64,000 bases of DNA from Candidatus Saccharimonadota bacterium. GTDB lineage: Bacteria > Patescibacteriota > Saccharimonadia > Saccharimonadales > UBA10212. The stretch is taken from assembly GCA_016176605.1 (NCBI GenBank), contig JACOWW010000003.1, positions 30,138 to 94,137 of the forward strand, in the 5' to 3' direction. A program made the position numbers and the translations under genes. Below the pieces are notes generated by a model. The model was not told the origin of the DNA. It searched no databases and saw only the letters and a list, made by a program, of their open reading frames with translations. Positions 35,019 through 42,904 of this stretch are shown in pieces (within the stretch, counting starts at the first letter, position 1; every line of letters begins with the position of its first letter).

Positions 35019-36824
35019 TTAGGCGTCCATCGAGGCGACACGGTTAATTTCCAGGAGTGTGGTCATGGCCGCCAAAGCTTTCAAATAGCCGTCCTGGCGC
35101 ATGGTTACCATGCCTTGGCTAATGGCTACCTGCTGGATCTGCGAGCTTGTAGCGCGTTTTAGAATTGTGTTCTGTATCCCCTCAGTAACTTCAAAGACCT
35201 CATAAAGTCCCATGCGGCCTTTGAAACCAGACTTGTTATCGGGCGTCGGTTTACCCTTGACCAAAGTATAAGCGTTTTGACCAGCCAGAGGCAAGTTTCT
35301 ATATCCTAGGTCCCGGCCCACTGCCTCGACTTCTTGCGGATTCTTGGGCAGTAAGTGTCCAATATTTTCCTGTATGGCTTTAGTTTCACTTGGCGTGGAG
35401 CTATAGGTCTCGCCACCTGGGACAACTCGCCTTGCCAGGCGCTGACCAATAACCGTGTGTACTGTGCTGGCGATTAGAAACGGCTCGACGGCCATGTCCA
35501 AAAGGCGCGGTAAAATACCGGCCGCGGTGTTAGTGTGCAGAGTCGAAAACACCAGATGGCCAGTCAGTGCGGCCTGGACCGCCAGGTTAGCCGTTTCCTT
35601 ATCGCGGATTTCACCAACCATAACCACATCGGGGTCTTGGCGCAGTATCGAACGCAGGCCAGTGGCAAAGGTTAGGCCAACGTCAGGGTTGACCTGGATT
35701 TGGTTAACCCCCTCAATCTTATACTCAACCGGGTCTTCCAGTGTCACTATATTAATACTGTCAGTCTTAATAGCCTGGATCATGGCGTACATTGATGTGG
35801 TCTTACCCGATCCGGTCGGGCCGGATGTCAATATCATGCCATAAGGCATTTGCAGCGCTTTTTTAACCAGTCTTAGCGCCCGGCCGTTATAGCCCATCTC
35901 TTCAAGTTGTAAACTGGTATCTGACTTATCAAGCAGCCTAATAACTACCTGTTCACCCCAGATAACAGGGCTAATAGTAATACGCAGGTCAATGTTACGG
36001 CCATCAGCTTTTACCGTAAACTGGCCATCTTGCGGTATGCGATGTTCGTCGATTTTCAAATTGGATAAAATTTTTATACGGCTTATTAGCGGCGCCTCGG
36101 CGCTTTTCGGCAGTTTCAACACTTCTTTTAATACACCGTCTACGCGGCAACGGATTTTGAGCTCATGCTCCAAAGCCTCAATGTGGACGTCACTGGCATT
36201 ATTCTTGGCCGCGTACTCTAAAATGGCGGACAATGCCTGGCTAATCGGCGAATCTTGGACGATCGTCTGGACTTTGCCTTCTTTATCAACTGCTGCCGGC
36301 GCCCCTTTAACGGCCCCCAAATTTTTATTTTCCTCTAGAGCGTTGGCGTTTAGCATTGAAGTCAGTCCACCGACAAGACCGCTGTTACCGTATTGCTCGA
36401 TCACTTTCCTAATACCAGCCTCGCTGGCGGCGTAGACCTTAAGCGGCCGGCCAATACGTTTACTCAAAAAATCTACCGCTTGGACATTGTCGGCGTCGAG
36501 CATAGCTACGACCAGCTTATTTTGCATCTCGCCTATTGGTACGGCCATATAATGTTCGGCCAGGTCCTGGGGCAGTAGGCCCAGTATTTTGGGGTCTATC
36601 CTGGTGTTAGTTAAGCTGACATAAGGCACGTTAGAAACGCCGGCCAGTATCTTTGTTAAGCGTTCGTCATCTAGTAAGCCTTGCTCCAGTAGCAGGGTTA
36701 TCAACGGTTTTTTAGTGGCCAGTGCTTTCTTTTTGAAATCCTCAATCTGGACCTCGGTCAAAATACCCTCGTTAATTAACGAATCTTCTACTTTCTCCTG
36801 GCTTGTCGCTGATAAAACATTCAT
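35019..36824 (-). CDS. pilB: Type IV pilus assembly ATPase (GspE/PilB family)
   Basis: T2SS-E N-domain. GPTGSGKTTSMYAMI, LEDPVEY, ILRQDPDVVMVGEIRD, GHLVFSTLHT. Confidence 0.9.
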   Translation of the reverse strand: MNVLSATSQEKVEDSLINEGILTEVQIEDFKKKALATKKPLITLLLEQGLLDDERLTKILAGVSNVPYVSLTNTRIDPKILGLLPQDLAEHYMAVPIGEMQNKLVVAMLDADNVQAVDFLSKRIGRPLKVYAASEAGIRKVIEQYGNSGLVGGLTSMLNANALEENKNLGAVKGAPAAVDKEGKVQTIVQDSPISQALSAILEYAAKNNASDVHIEALEHELKIRCRVDGVLKEVLKLPKSAEAPLISRIKILSNLKIDEHRIPQDGQFTVKADGRNIDLRITISPVIWGEQVVIRLLDKSDTSLQLEEMGYNGRALRLVKKALQMPYGMILTSGPTGSGKTTSMYAMIQAIKTDSINIVTLEDPVEYKIEGVNQIQVNPDVGLTFATGLRSILRQDPDVVMVGEIRDKETANLAVQAALTGHLVFSTLHTNTAAGILPRLLDMAVEPFLIASTVHTVIGQRLARRVVPGGETYSSTPSETKAIQENIGHLLPKNPQEVEAVGRDLGYRNLPLAGQNAYTLVKGKPTPDNKSGFKGRMGLYEVFEVTEGIQNTILKRATSSQIQQVAISQGMVTMRQDGYLKALAAMTTLLEINRVASMDA

Positions 36825-36924
36825 CCCGTTAGAGCCTCTGAGTACTTACTGCTAGATTGAGCTACGATAAATACGCAAATTATATTTATCACGAAATTAG
36901 CACCTGTAAAGGCTCTAACGGGAT
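36823..36924 (-). repeat. Start-abutting inverted-repeat cassette (ATCCCGTTAGAGCC ... GGCTCTAACGGGAT)
   Basis: Arms at 36823-36836 and 36911-36924. The proximal arm overlaps the pilB ATG. The interior contains TTTACA..TATAAT-like hexamers. Confidence 0.8.
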
Positions 36925-36949
36925 TCACCGCAGGCCTCCCGGGAGACCG

Positions 36950-37080
36950 TTAGCCATTATCCATTTACCATTTTCTGTGCATTTACCATTAGCCATTAAC
37001 CATTTGTTAACAGTAAACGGGTAACGCATGGTGAAGGGTGAATGGTGAAGGGTGAACGTTTTTTGAGCATTGAGCATTTG
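36950..37080. repeat. Composite spacer element: CCATTNN heptads, then GTTAACAGTAAACGGGTAACGCATGG, then (GGTGAAG/GGTGAAT)x4, then (GAGCATT)x2
   Basis: Read directly. The core GTAAACGGRTAACGCRTGGTGAAGGGTGAA recurs at 39004-39035, with a shorter form at 4097-4125. Confidence 0.85.
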
Positions 37081-37088
37081 TTCACCAC

Positions 37089-37379
37089 CTATTGGAACGG
37101 GTTGGTATTTTTAGTGTCACCTATCTGGATGGGCTGGGTGGCGTCAAGGGCGCCAGGGTTTAGAAACGACTGGTAAGATGATTCATTCTTTATATCAGGC
37201 AAGCTTATGTTTATTTTATCGACTGTTGGTACTTTCGTGGCGCGTTTTTCGGGTGAATTAAACAAGGCACCGGCAACTAAGTATGAAATTATCGCCGCGA
37301 CGCTGGCAATGAAGCCTAATTTTAATATCTCGCCTTTTTTCATCACACTTCGCCTTTTAGCCTTCGTAGCCAAGGCCAC
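37089..37379 (-). CDS. Small membrane-anchored protein in the pilus locus (function unknown; start possibly at 37343)
   Basis: One TM segment (LKLGFIASVAAIISYLVAGALF). Lies between pilO-like and pilB. Confidence 0.4.
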   Translation of the reverse strand: MALATKAKRRSVMKKGEILKLGFIASVAAIISYLVAGALFNSPEKRATKVPTVDKINISLPDIKNESSYQSFLNPGALDATQPIQIGDTKNTNPFQ

Positions 37380-37456
37380 CTCGGCGAAGTAAGCCCAGCT
37401 ACGAGTGATTTTGGCAATCCTATAATCTCCCAGTGCTCTAGTGCGTAGTGCCTCAT

Positions 37457-38137
37457 CTACTTGACCTCCTTATCGAACAGGCTTAGTTTTTTGGCCGGCT
37501 GAAAGTAAGTATTCATCTCTAGTGATAGCGACATATTGTCATTGTTACCGTGCAGCTGCAGGCTGGTTATATCAAATGGCCTAATCGAACGTTCTAAATC
37601 CCTTACAAGTTTTTGGGTCGACGAATAATTGGTCGTCCCACTAATAGTCAGCGGTATGGCTATGGGCGAAGTATTGGCCTCTGGGTTGTTATCAATTTGG
37701 GCCGATTGGTCATTACCGCCTACCGATGGCGTGCCGATCTGGTCATCGGCGAGTATTTTGGCCATCGATGAAATAAGCGCCGGAAAGTCGTAATTACTCG
37801 GCAAAGCATTAAGTATAATACGCGCGTTATCGCCGTCCGGCGGCACCACATTCGGGTCGCTACTATTTTTGCCACCTATAGCATTAGTTGTCCCGCTGTT
37901 AAAAATCGCGTACTGTTCCGCCAGCGATTTGGCGTCTTGCAGGTTAGACCGCAGCTGTTTGACTGTCGCCTGGCGGGCGTTGATAACGCGGCGCTGGTAG
38001 CTGGCCTGGTCTAGCAAGGCTTTTGTGCTGGCCAAACTGAAAATGGTTACTATGACGGATATAATTACCACTAAATACAAGTTGGAGTCGGATTTATCAA
38101 ACTTAATGTTTGGTGTCGATATTGGCAGCTTCATCAT
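37457..38137 (-). CDS. pilO: PilO-like pilus assembly protein
   Basis: N-terminal TM segment, coiled-coil region and C-terminal domain. 4-nt overlap with the pilN-like gene. Confidence 0.5.
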   Translation of the reverse strand: MMKLPISTPNIKFDKSDSNLYLVVIISVIVTIFSLASTKALLDQASYQRRVINARQATVKQLRSNLQDAKSLAEQYAIFNSGTTNAIGGKNSSDPNVVPPDGDNARIILNALPSNYDFPALISSMAKILADDQIGTPSVGGNDQSAQIDNNPEANTSPIAIPLTISGTTNYSSTQKLVRDLERSIRPFDITSLQLHGNNDNMSLSLEMNTYFQPAKKLSLFDKEVK

Positions 38138-38859
38138 TGGCCTCCTGGCGGTTTATCTTGGGTGGTCTGACCGTTAAACAGCACATTAGCCGGATCCGCC
38201 AAAACCGAGCGCGTGGTTGTCAGCCTGGGGACTTTTAGAGACGGTGTTATCTGTTTACCGTTGGCGTCTAATATATTATTGCTAAACAGTAGCGGGTCAA
38301 ATGTCAGACTAAGCGTATAGCTAACATTACCGCTACCGACCGAAAAATTGGATTGGACAACCGTCAAGAAGGCCTGTTCGTCGTTGGCCTGCTCGCCAGC
38401 GCTAAAAGTCGTGAACTTTAAAGTATCAACAAAGACATTAACGGTTTTTTGCGAGTCGGCAGTGCCGTCTATTGTTATCGAGTTAGTTTTAAGGTCCAGT
38501 CCAACACGGCCAATGCTGACGTTAATTGGTGTCAAGTCCGGTAAATATGTGAATAAGCGCGAGCTGACGTGCTTGTTACGGTGCAGGTCGACCAGCGATC
38601 CCAGCTGGTTTTGAACAGTCAGCATTTTGTTCAAGTTTTCAACGTTTTGCAGTTCGGAATAAAGGTTCTTAATGTCTTTATCGCTGTCGCTAAGCTGCTT
38701 TTTCTGCAGTACGTTGGTAGCTAAGAAAAAGAATACAAATATAATCGTGGCGCCGATACTGATAAATATGAAAAGTCCTTTAAGCGTGCGCTGTGATTTT
38801 TCAGTTTTTAGCCGCTCATACTTTGAATCGGGTAGTAAGTTAAACTGTGCCCTAGCCAT
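38134..38859 (-). CDS. pilN: PilN-like pilus assembly protein
   Basis: QFNLLPD N-terminal motif followed by a TM segment. GGAGG SD. Confidence 0.6.
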   Translation of the reverse strand: MARAQFNLLPDSKYERLKTEKSQRTLKGLFIFISIGATIIFVFFFLATNVLQKKQLSDSDKDIKNLYSELQNVENLNKMLTVQNQLGSLVDLHRNKHVSSRLFTYLPDLTPINVSIGRVGLDLKTNSITIDGTADSQKTVNVFVDTLKFTTFSAGEQANDEQAFLTVVQSNFSVGSGNVSYTLSLTFDPLLFSNNILDANGKQITPSLKVPRLTTTRSVLADPANVLFNGQTTQDKPPGGQ

Positions 38860-38880
38860 ACACGCCTCCTTCGGAGGTAT

Positions 38881-39052
38881 TAACCATTTTCCATTTACTA
38901 TTTACCATACATTTACCATACATTTACCATTAGCCATTAGCCATATGTTAACGGTAAACCCAGCACTTAGCTTAAGTATCTTAGAGACTCGAGCTAAGTG
39001 CTGGGTAAACGGATAACGCGTGGTGAAGGGTGAAGGGTGAAGGGTGAAGAGT
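38881..39052. repeat. Composite spacer element: CCATTTN/TTTACCA heptads, central 15-bp inverted repeat, (GGTGAAG)x4
   Basis: Central arms ACCCAGCACTTAGCT (38958-38972) and AGCTAAGTGCTGGGT (38992-39006). GGTGAAG array at 39021-39050. Confidence 0.85.
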
Positions 39053-39069
39053 AATGATGCAGTCATGAC

Positions 39070-40107
39070 CTAGTCTCTTTCCGCCATTCCTACGGCCACG
39101 GCAAAGTGGTTAGATTGCGCTAGCAGCTCGTTTTGTTTATCAACCGGCACGCTTACGTTGCGCCAGGAATTACCGATTTCTACGTTCAGGCCAAACTTAT
39201 TAGCAATGTAAAGCGGCAGTTCAGGCAGCACCGAGGCGGCACCAGTAACAATAATGCGGTCAATTTTGGCCGCTCCGTAGCGGCCGTGGAAGAACTGGAT
39301 GGACTTTTCAATTTCATTCATCAAGCCGTCGATAGTCGGCAAGATTGCTTGGTAGATTTGGCCTTCCAGCTTATCGCGGCCCAGGCCAAACTTCATGACG
39401 TACTGCGTTGCTTGCGCGGCGTCAATACCCGGCTGCTGCATGGCGGCGCGGATGATAGCCTGCAGACCTGTAGAGATAGAGCGTGTTAGACGTGGTACAC
39501 CGCTAATCACAATAACAAGGTCAGTTGTGGTATTACCAATGTCCAGTACCATCTGCGGCAGGGCTACTTCCGGGGATGTCAATGAGCGCGCCAGCGCCAT
39601 GCTGTCGGATTCCATAGCAATTGCGTTAAGCCCGGCAGCTTCTAGAATTTCCAGCCGGTCCTCGATAAAATTGTTTGGCACGCTGGAAAGCAAGACTTCA
39701 ATCTTCTTAGGGTCTATCGGCGAATCGCCAATCACCAAAAAATCCACCTTAGACTGGGCTATAGGCGTCGGTATTATCGAGTCGGCTTGGTAGCGGATAG
39801 TTTTTGCTAAGTCGGCTTCCATTATTCTGTCTAGATCTACCGTGGTAGTAAAGACTTTTTGCGAAGGCAAGTTAACGGCCACGTTTTTTGTGTCTATGCC
39901 GGATTGTTTAATCAATTCCCTGATTGCCTGGGATACTTTTTGGCGGTCCAGTGCCGAATCACTCAGGGCAGCTGTACCCTCTATCGGCATGTAACTATAA
40001 TGCGCCAGGGCTTTTACCTGCCCCCCGCCTTTTAGTTCTACGGCCCTTAGGGCGCTGGTTCCAATATCAAGGCCAAAAAAATCTGATTGCCCACTCAATA
40101 TGCCCAT
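39070..40107 (-). CDS. pilM: Type IV pilus assembly ATPase-fold protein PilM
   Basis: FGLDIGTSALRAVELK actin-like phosphate-1 motif; 345 aa; precedes pilN/pilO. Confidence 0.8.
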   Translation of the reverse strand: MGILSGQSDFFGLDIGTSALRAVELKGGGQVKALAHYSYMPIEGTAALSDSALDRQKVSQAIRELIKQSGIDTKNVAVNLPSQKVFTTTVDLDRIMEADLAKTIRYQADSIIPTPIAQSKVDFLVIGDSPIDPKKIEVLLSSVPNNFIEDRLEILEAAGLNAIAMESDSMALARSLTSPEVALPQMVLDIGNTTTDLVIVISGVPRLTRSISTGLQAIIRAAMQQPGIDAAQATQYVMKFGLGRDKLEGQIYQAILPTIDGLMNEIEKSIQFFHGRYGAAKIDRIIVTGAASVLPELPLYIANKFGLNVEIGNSWRNVSVPVDKQNELLAQSNHFAVAVGMAERD

Positions 40108-40211
40108 CCCGTTAGATCTCGCTCAACTTTCTATTTTTGGTTATCGTTTGAAGAGCTAACACGTGTTCAATCGTATAACAGTTCTCGGCCGCTTTTTGAG
40201 ATCTAACGGGA
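40106..40211 (-). repeat. Start-abutting inverted-repeat cassette (ATCCCGTTAGATCTC ... GAGATCTAACGGGA)
   Basis: Arms at 40106-40120 and 40198-40211. The proximal arm overlaps the pilM ATG. Confidence 0.8.
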
Positions 40212-40282
40212 CCCATACTTGCTCAAAGTATAGCATAAGGGTTATAACAAGAAACAGAGCCAAAACATTAAATTTTGAGTAT

Positions 40283-41383
40283 TTAAAACACAGGTGGAAG
40301 GCTGACTAAACTATCAATATGGGGCTCGCCGCTATCGGTACCGTAAAAGTTTGAACCGCCAACCAAAACTTCCGGTGTGTAATTAAAGCTCTCGGCCACC
40401 GTGCTGTTACTCACATCGCCGGCCAGGCGCAGCAAATTTACCTGCTTGGCAATCAGAGCTCCGTTAACAACCAGGCTGTCGTTGCGGCAGTTCTGGCTGA
40501 TATAGCGGTCATCTGGGCCATTTGAGGTTGCGGTCGAGCAGGTCCAAATTATTCCAGTGTCATCGCTGGCTGGGGCTGACTTACTCATATTCGGCTGGGC
40601 TATATAAAGGCCATCCAGGCGCTTGACCGCCTTATCCACATATAAGCTGCCGCGCACCACCAGGGTAAATTTGCTAACCGTATCGGCGCTGTAACCGCCT
40701 TCATATGCTATGTCTCCGCCGATGTAGGCGTCGCCGTCAACGAACAAAGTAATTGTTTTGCCGGTTGGGCCGGCGCTTTTGGTAATCGTAACAGCACTGG
40801 AATTAACCGTAAAGACCGGACCAGCGCTAGCTTTATATTTGCCCGCGGCGGCTGTAGCCAAGTTGCTGCTGCCCCAATCCGTAGCATCACCACTTTTCAG
40901 GTTGTAATAATCTGGTATGCAGTGCGTCAGCTGCCTGGCACCGGCATCAAAGAAACCGCCCCAGTAGGCGGCGCCCTGACCGTTAGCATTCCCGGAGTCG
41001 TTGGCAAAACTCAACTTACTCTTATCGTTGCCTCTGTTACTGGCAAAGCCGTAGCCGTTTTCACCCTGTATCTGACCCAGCGCCAAGGCACCAAAGTCAC
41101 TCAATGCACCCTGTGCGCCGCCATTATTAAAAGCTAAAATCCCGCCTTTATATTGCTTATCAAGCGGGTCGAAACTGGGCGCCTGGTAATTTGTCGTCAG
41201 GTCGCAGTTGTAGCCATTAGCGGCATTCTTAGCAAACCACCAGCCGCCAGCAAACACGTCGGCGCCGTGTATTTGAAAATAAGGTTTGGTGTCAGCGTAC
41301 GCTAGGCCGATATTTAAAAGACCCAGGCTAAAGATATAACTAACACTAAGAATTAGAGCCTGAAGTTTTTGGGCTCGTCTCAT
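40283..41383 (-). CDS. Secreted hypothetical protein (signal peptide; Gly/Asn/Ala-rich, possibly beta-helical)
   Basis: N-terminal signal-like LILSVSYIFSLGLLNIGLAYA. First gene upstream of pilM on the same strand. Confidence 0.45.
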   Translation of the reverse strand: MRRAQKLQALILSVSYIFSLGLLNIGLAYADTKPYFQIHGADVFAGGWWFAKNAANGYNCDLTTNYQAPSFDPLDKQYKGGILAFNNGGAQGALSDFGALALGQIQGENGYGFASNRGNDKSKLSFANDSGNANGQGAAYWGGFFDAGARQLTHCIPDYYNLKSGDATDWGSSNLATAAAGKYKASAGPVFTVNSSAVTITKSAGPTGKTITLFVDGDAYIGGDIAYEGGYSADTVSKFTLVVRGSLYVDKAVKRLDGLYIAQPNMSKSAPASDDTGIIWTCSTATSNGPDDRYISQNCRNDSLVVNGALIAKQVNLLRLAGDVSNSTVAESFNYTPEVLVGGSNFYGTDSGEPHIDSLVSLPPVF

Positions 41384-41440
41384 ACATAAGCATTATATGT
41401 AGCTAACTGTTTAGACGCAAGTCAACATATAGTCGTAGCC

Positions 41441-42106
41441 TCAATTTTGGCTAAGGCCTGCAACTTGCCATGTCCCGGTCGCACCTTCCAGTCCTCCCCA
41501 TTCTAATGCAACCAGCACTTCCGTCGAGCCAGACAAAAAGTTAACTGTCCTAAAGGCAGTGGCATTCAGTCCAACACCGGCATCAGCCAACAAAAGTTCA
41601 CGTAACTTCTCTGGCTTATCGTACGTGGCTAAACTAAGCATCATTAAAGAAGCATCGAAAAAATCCGGATAGCGTATTGGCATTAGCATGCCTCGCCAGC
41701 AATAGTCCATTGTCCAAATATCTTCAGGTATTGGGCCAGCCGGTGGTTTAGGCCAAATAGCAGGGTACGCTGCTTTGGGGAGGTTTACTTCAGGGATTTT
41801 TTTGTCACCAGCAAGTGCCAGTTTATGTAACAGCCCAAACATCATAAGACTGCCCATCTCAAAGAAGTGGCTAGCAATGCTCCGTTTGTTGCGACCCGTT
41901 GACAACATAATTTGACCAATGCAAAAGTCTAGATACTCTTGTAAATCCCTAAAGGCTTTAAGACTAGTCCCGTAGCCATCAAGCGCTTCTACTGAGTTCT
42001 GTATTTTAGCGGCCGTCCTCAGCAACTTTTGGCGGTCTACATTCAGCAGATCGCAATAGAACTCGGGCTGAGTCGTATCTTCAACTGCAGGGGTGGTTTC
42101 GGGCAC
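41441..42106 (-). CDS. Hypothetical protein (221 aa, GTG start)
   Basis: ORF only. Contains STGRNKRSIA, loosely reminiscent of the Doc/Fic GNKR segment but without the His. Confidence 0.4.
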   Translation of the reverse strand: MPETTPAVEDTTQPEFYCDLLNVDRQKLLRTAAKIQNSVEALDGYGTSLKAFRDLQEYLDFCIGQIMLSTGRNKRSIASHFFEMGSLMMFGLLHKLALAGDKKIPEVNLPKAAYPAIWPKPPAGPIPEDIWTMDYCWRGMLMPIRYPDFFDASLMMLSLATYDKPEKLRELLLADAGVGLNATAFRTVNFLSGSTEVLVALEWGGLEGATGTWQVAGLSQN

Positions 42107-42156
42107 TACTCAAATATAATACCTGCTCAGCTCCGTGCGCAAGCATAAGTAAAATT

Positions 42157-42333
42157 CTATTCAAACTTGCCTAGTACGGGTCCGATTTTAAAGACCGGCT
42201 TAGAGCGCTTGATTACAATAAATGTTTTACCACGGGCTATTTCGCTAATATAACGCGGCATTTCTAGCCGCAGTTCCCGTACACTTATTAAATTAGTCTT
42301 GTTTATCTCCCATTTCTGCAACTTCCTAACCAT
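42157..42333 (-). CDS. Unlisted 58-aa ORF, Phd/YefM-like antitoxin fold
   Basis: Manually translated as MVRKLQKWEINKTNLISVRELRLEMPRYISEIARGKTFIVIKRSKPVFKIGPVLGKFE. The SVRELR...GKTFIVIKRSKPVFKI pattern is typical of Phd/YefM N-domains. Below the 60-aa ORF-track cutoff. Confidence 0.45.
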   Translation of the reverse strand: MVRKLQKWEINKTNLISVRELRLEMPRYISEIARGKTFIVIKRSKPVFKIGPVLGKFE

Positions 42334-42433
42334 ACTTTTTTTCTCCCAACTCTTTTCTACTTATTATTTTATTACCCGTTATTTATTACTTGTTACTTCA
42401 ACTTTCTCCCACCTACTCCTTACTCTACACTAC

Positions 42434-42466
42434 ATGTTTACTTTTACGTAACGTAAAAGTAAACAT
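42434..42466. repeat. 33-bp near-perfect palindrome
   Basis: atgtttacttttacgt-a-acgtaaaagtaaacat, centred in a region that is pyrimidine-rich to the left and purine-rich to the right. Confidence 0.85.
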
Positions 42467-42904
42467 CATGAGAGAAAAAGAAAGAGAGAAAAATATAAAC
42501 GTGGATTAGGTAACGTTATAAATGTAATACAATAAGCGCTATGGTTCGGCTGCAAACAAAAAATCGCAACCCATTGCCCTGGATCCGCCGCCACAAATTT
42601 TTATCTTTACTCTGCGCAGTTATTTTGCTTGTTATTGGAGTTTTTGTTTACGAAAAGGTCGCTCTTGAACTAAACAAACGGGCCTTCCTCGTCGGAACCG
42701 ACGTGGCGGCTTCCGTAAGCTAGTATACTAACTTACTTACAGCCTCAGGTCATTTCCTCCTCTCAATTTTGCAAAGCTCTGCCTTGCACGACTTTGCAAA
42801 ATTGGTTAACAAGATAGGCATTCTCCCTTTCCTCTCTCTCCGCCCTTCCTTTTTGTCGGCGACTATCTCACGATAACAAGTATGCTGCGTTATATACTTA
42901 CATC

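Noticed and set aside
34896-39052. Heptad arrays and spacer repeats as a CRISPR array
   Set aside because: The repeat units are 7 nt and directly tandem, with no 25-40-nt unique spacers. No cas genes are in the window.
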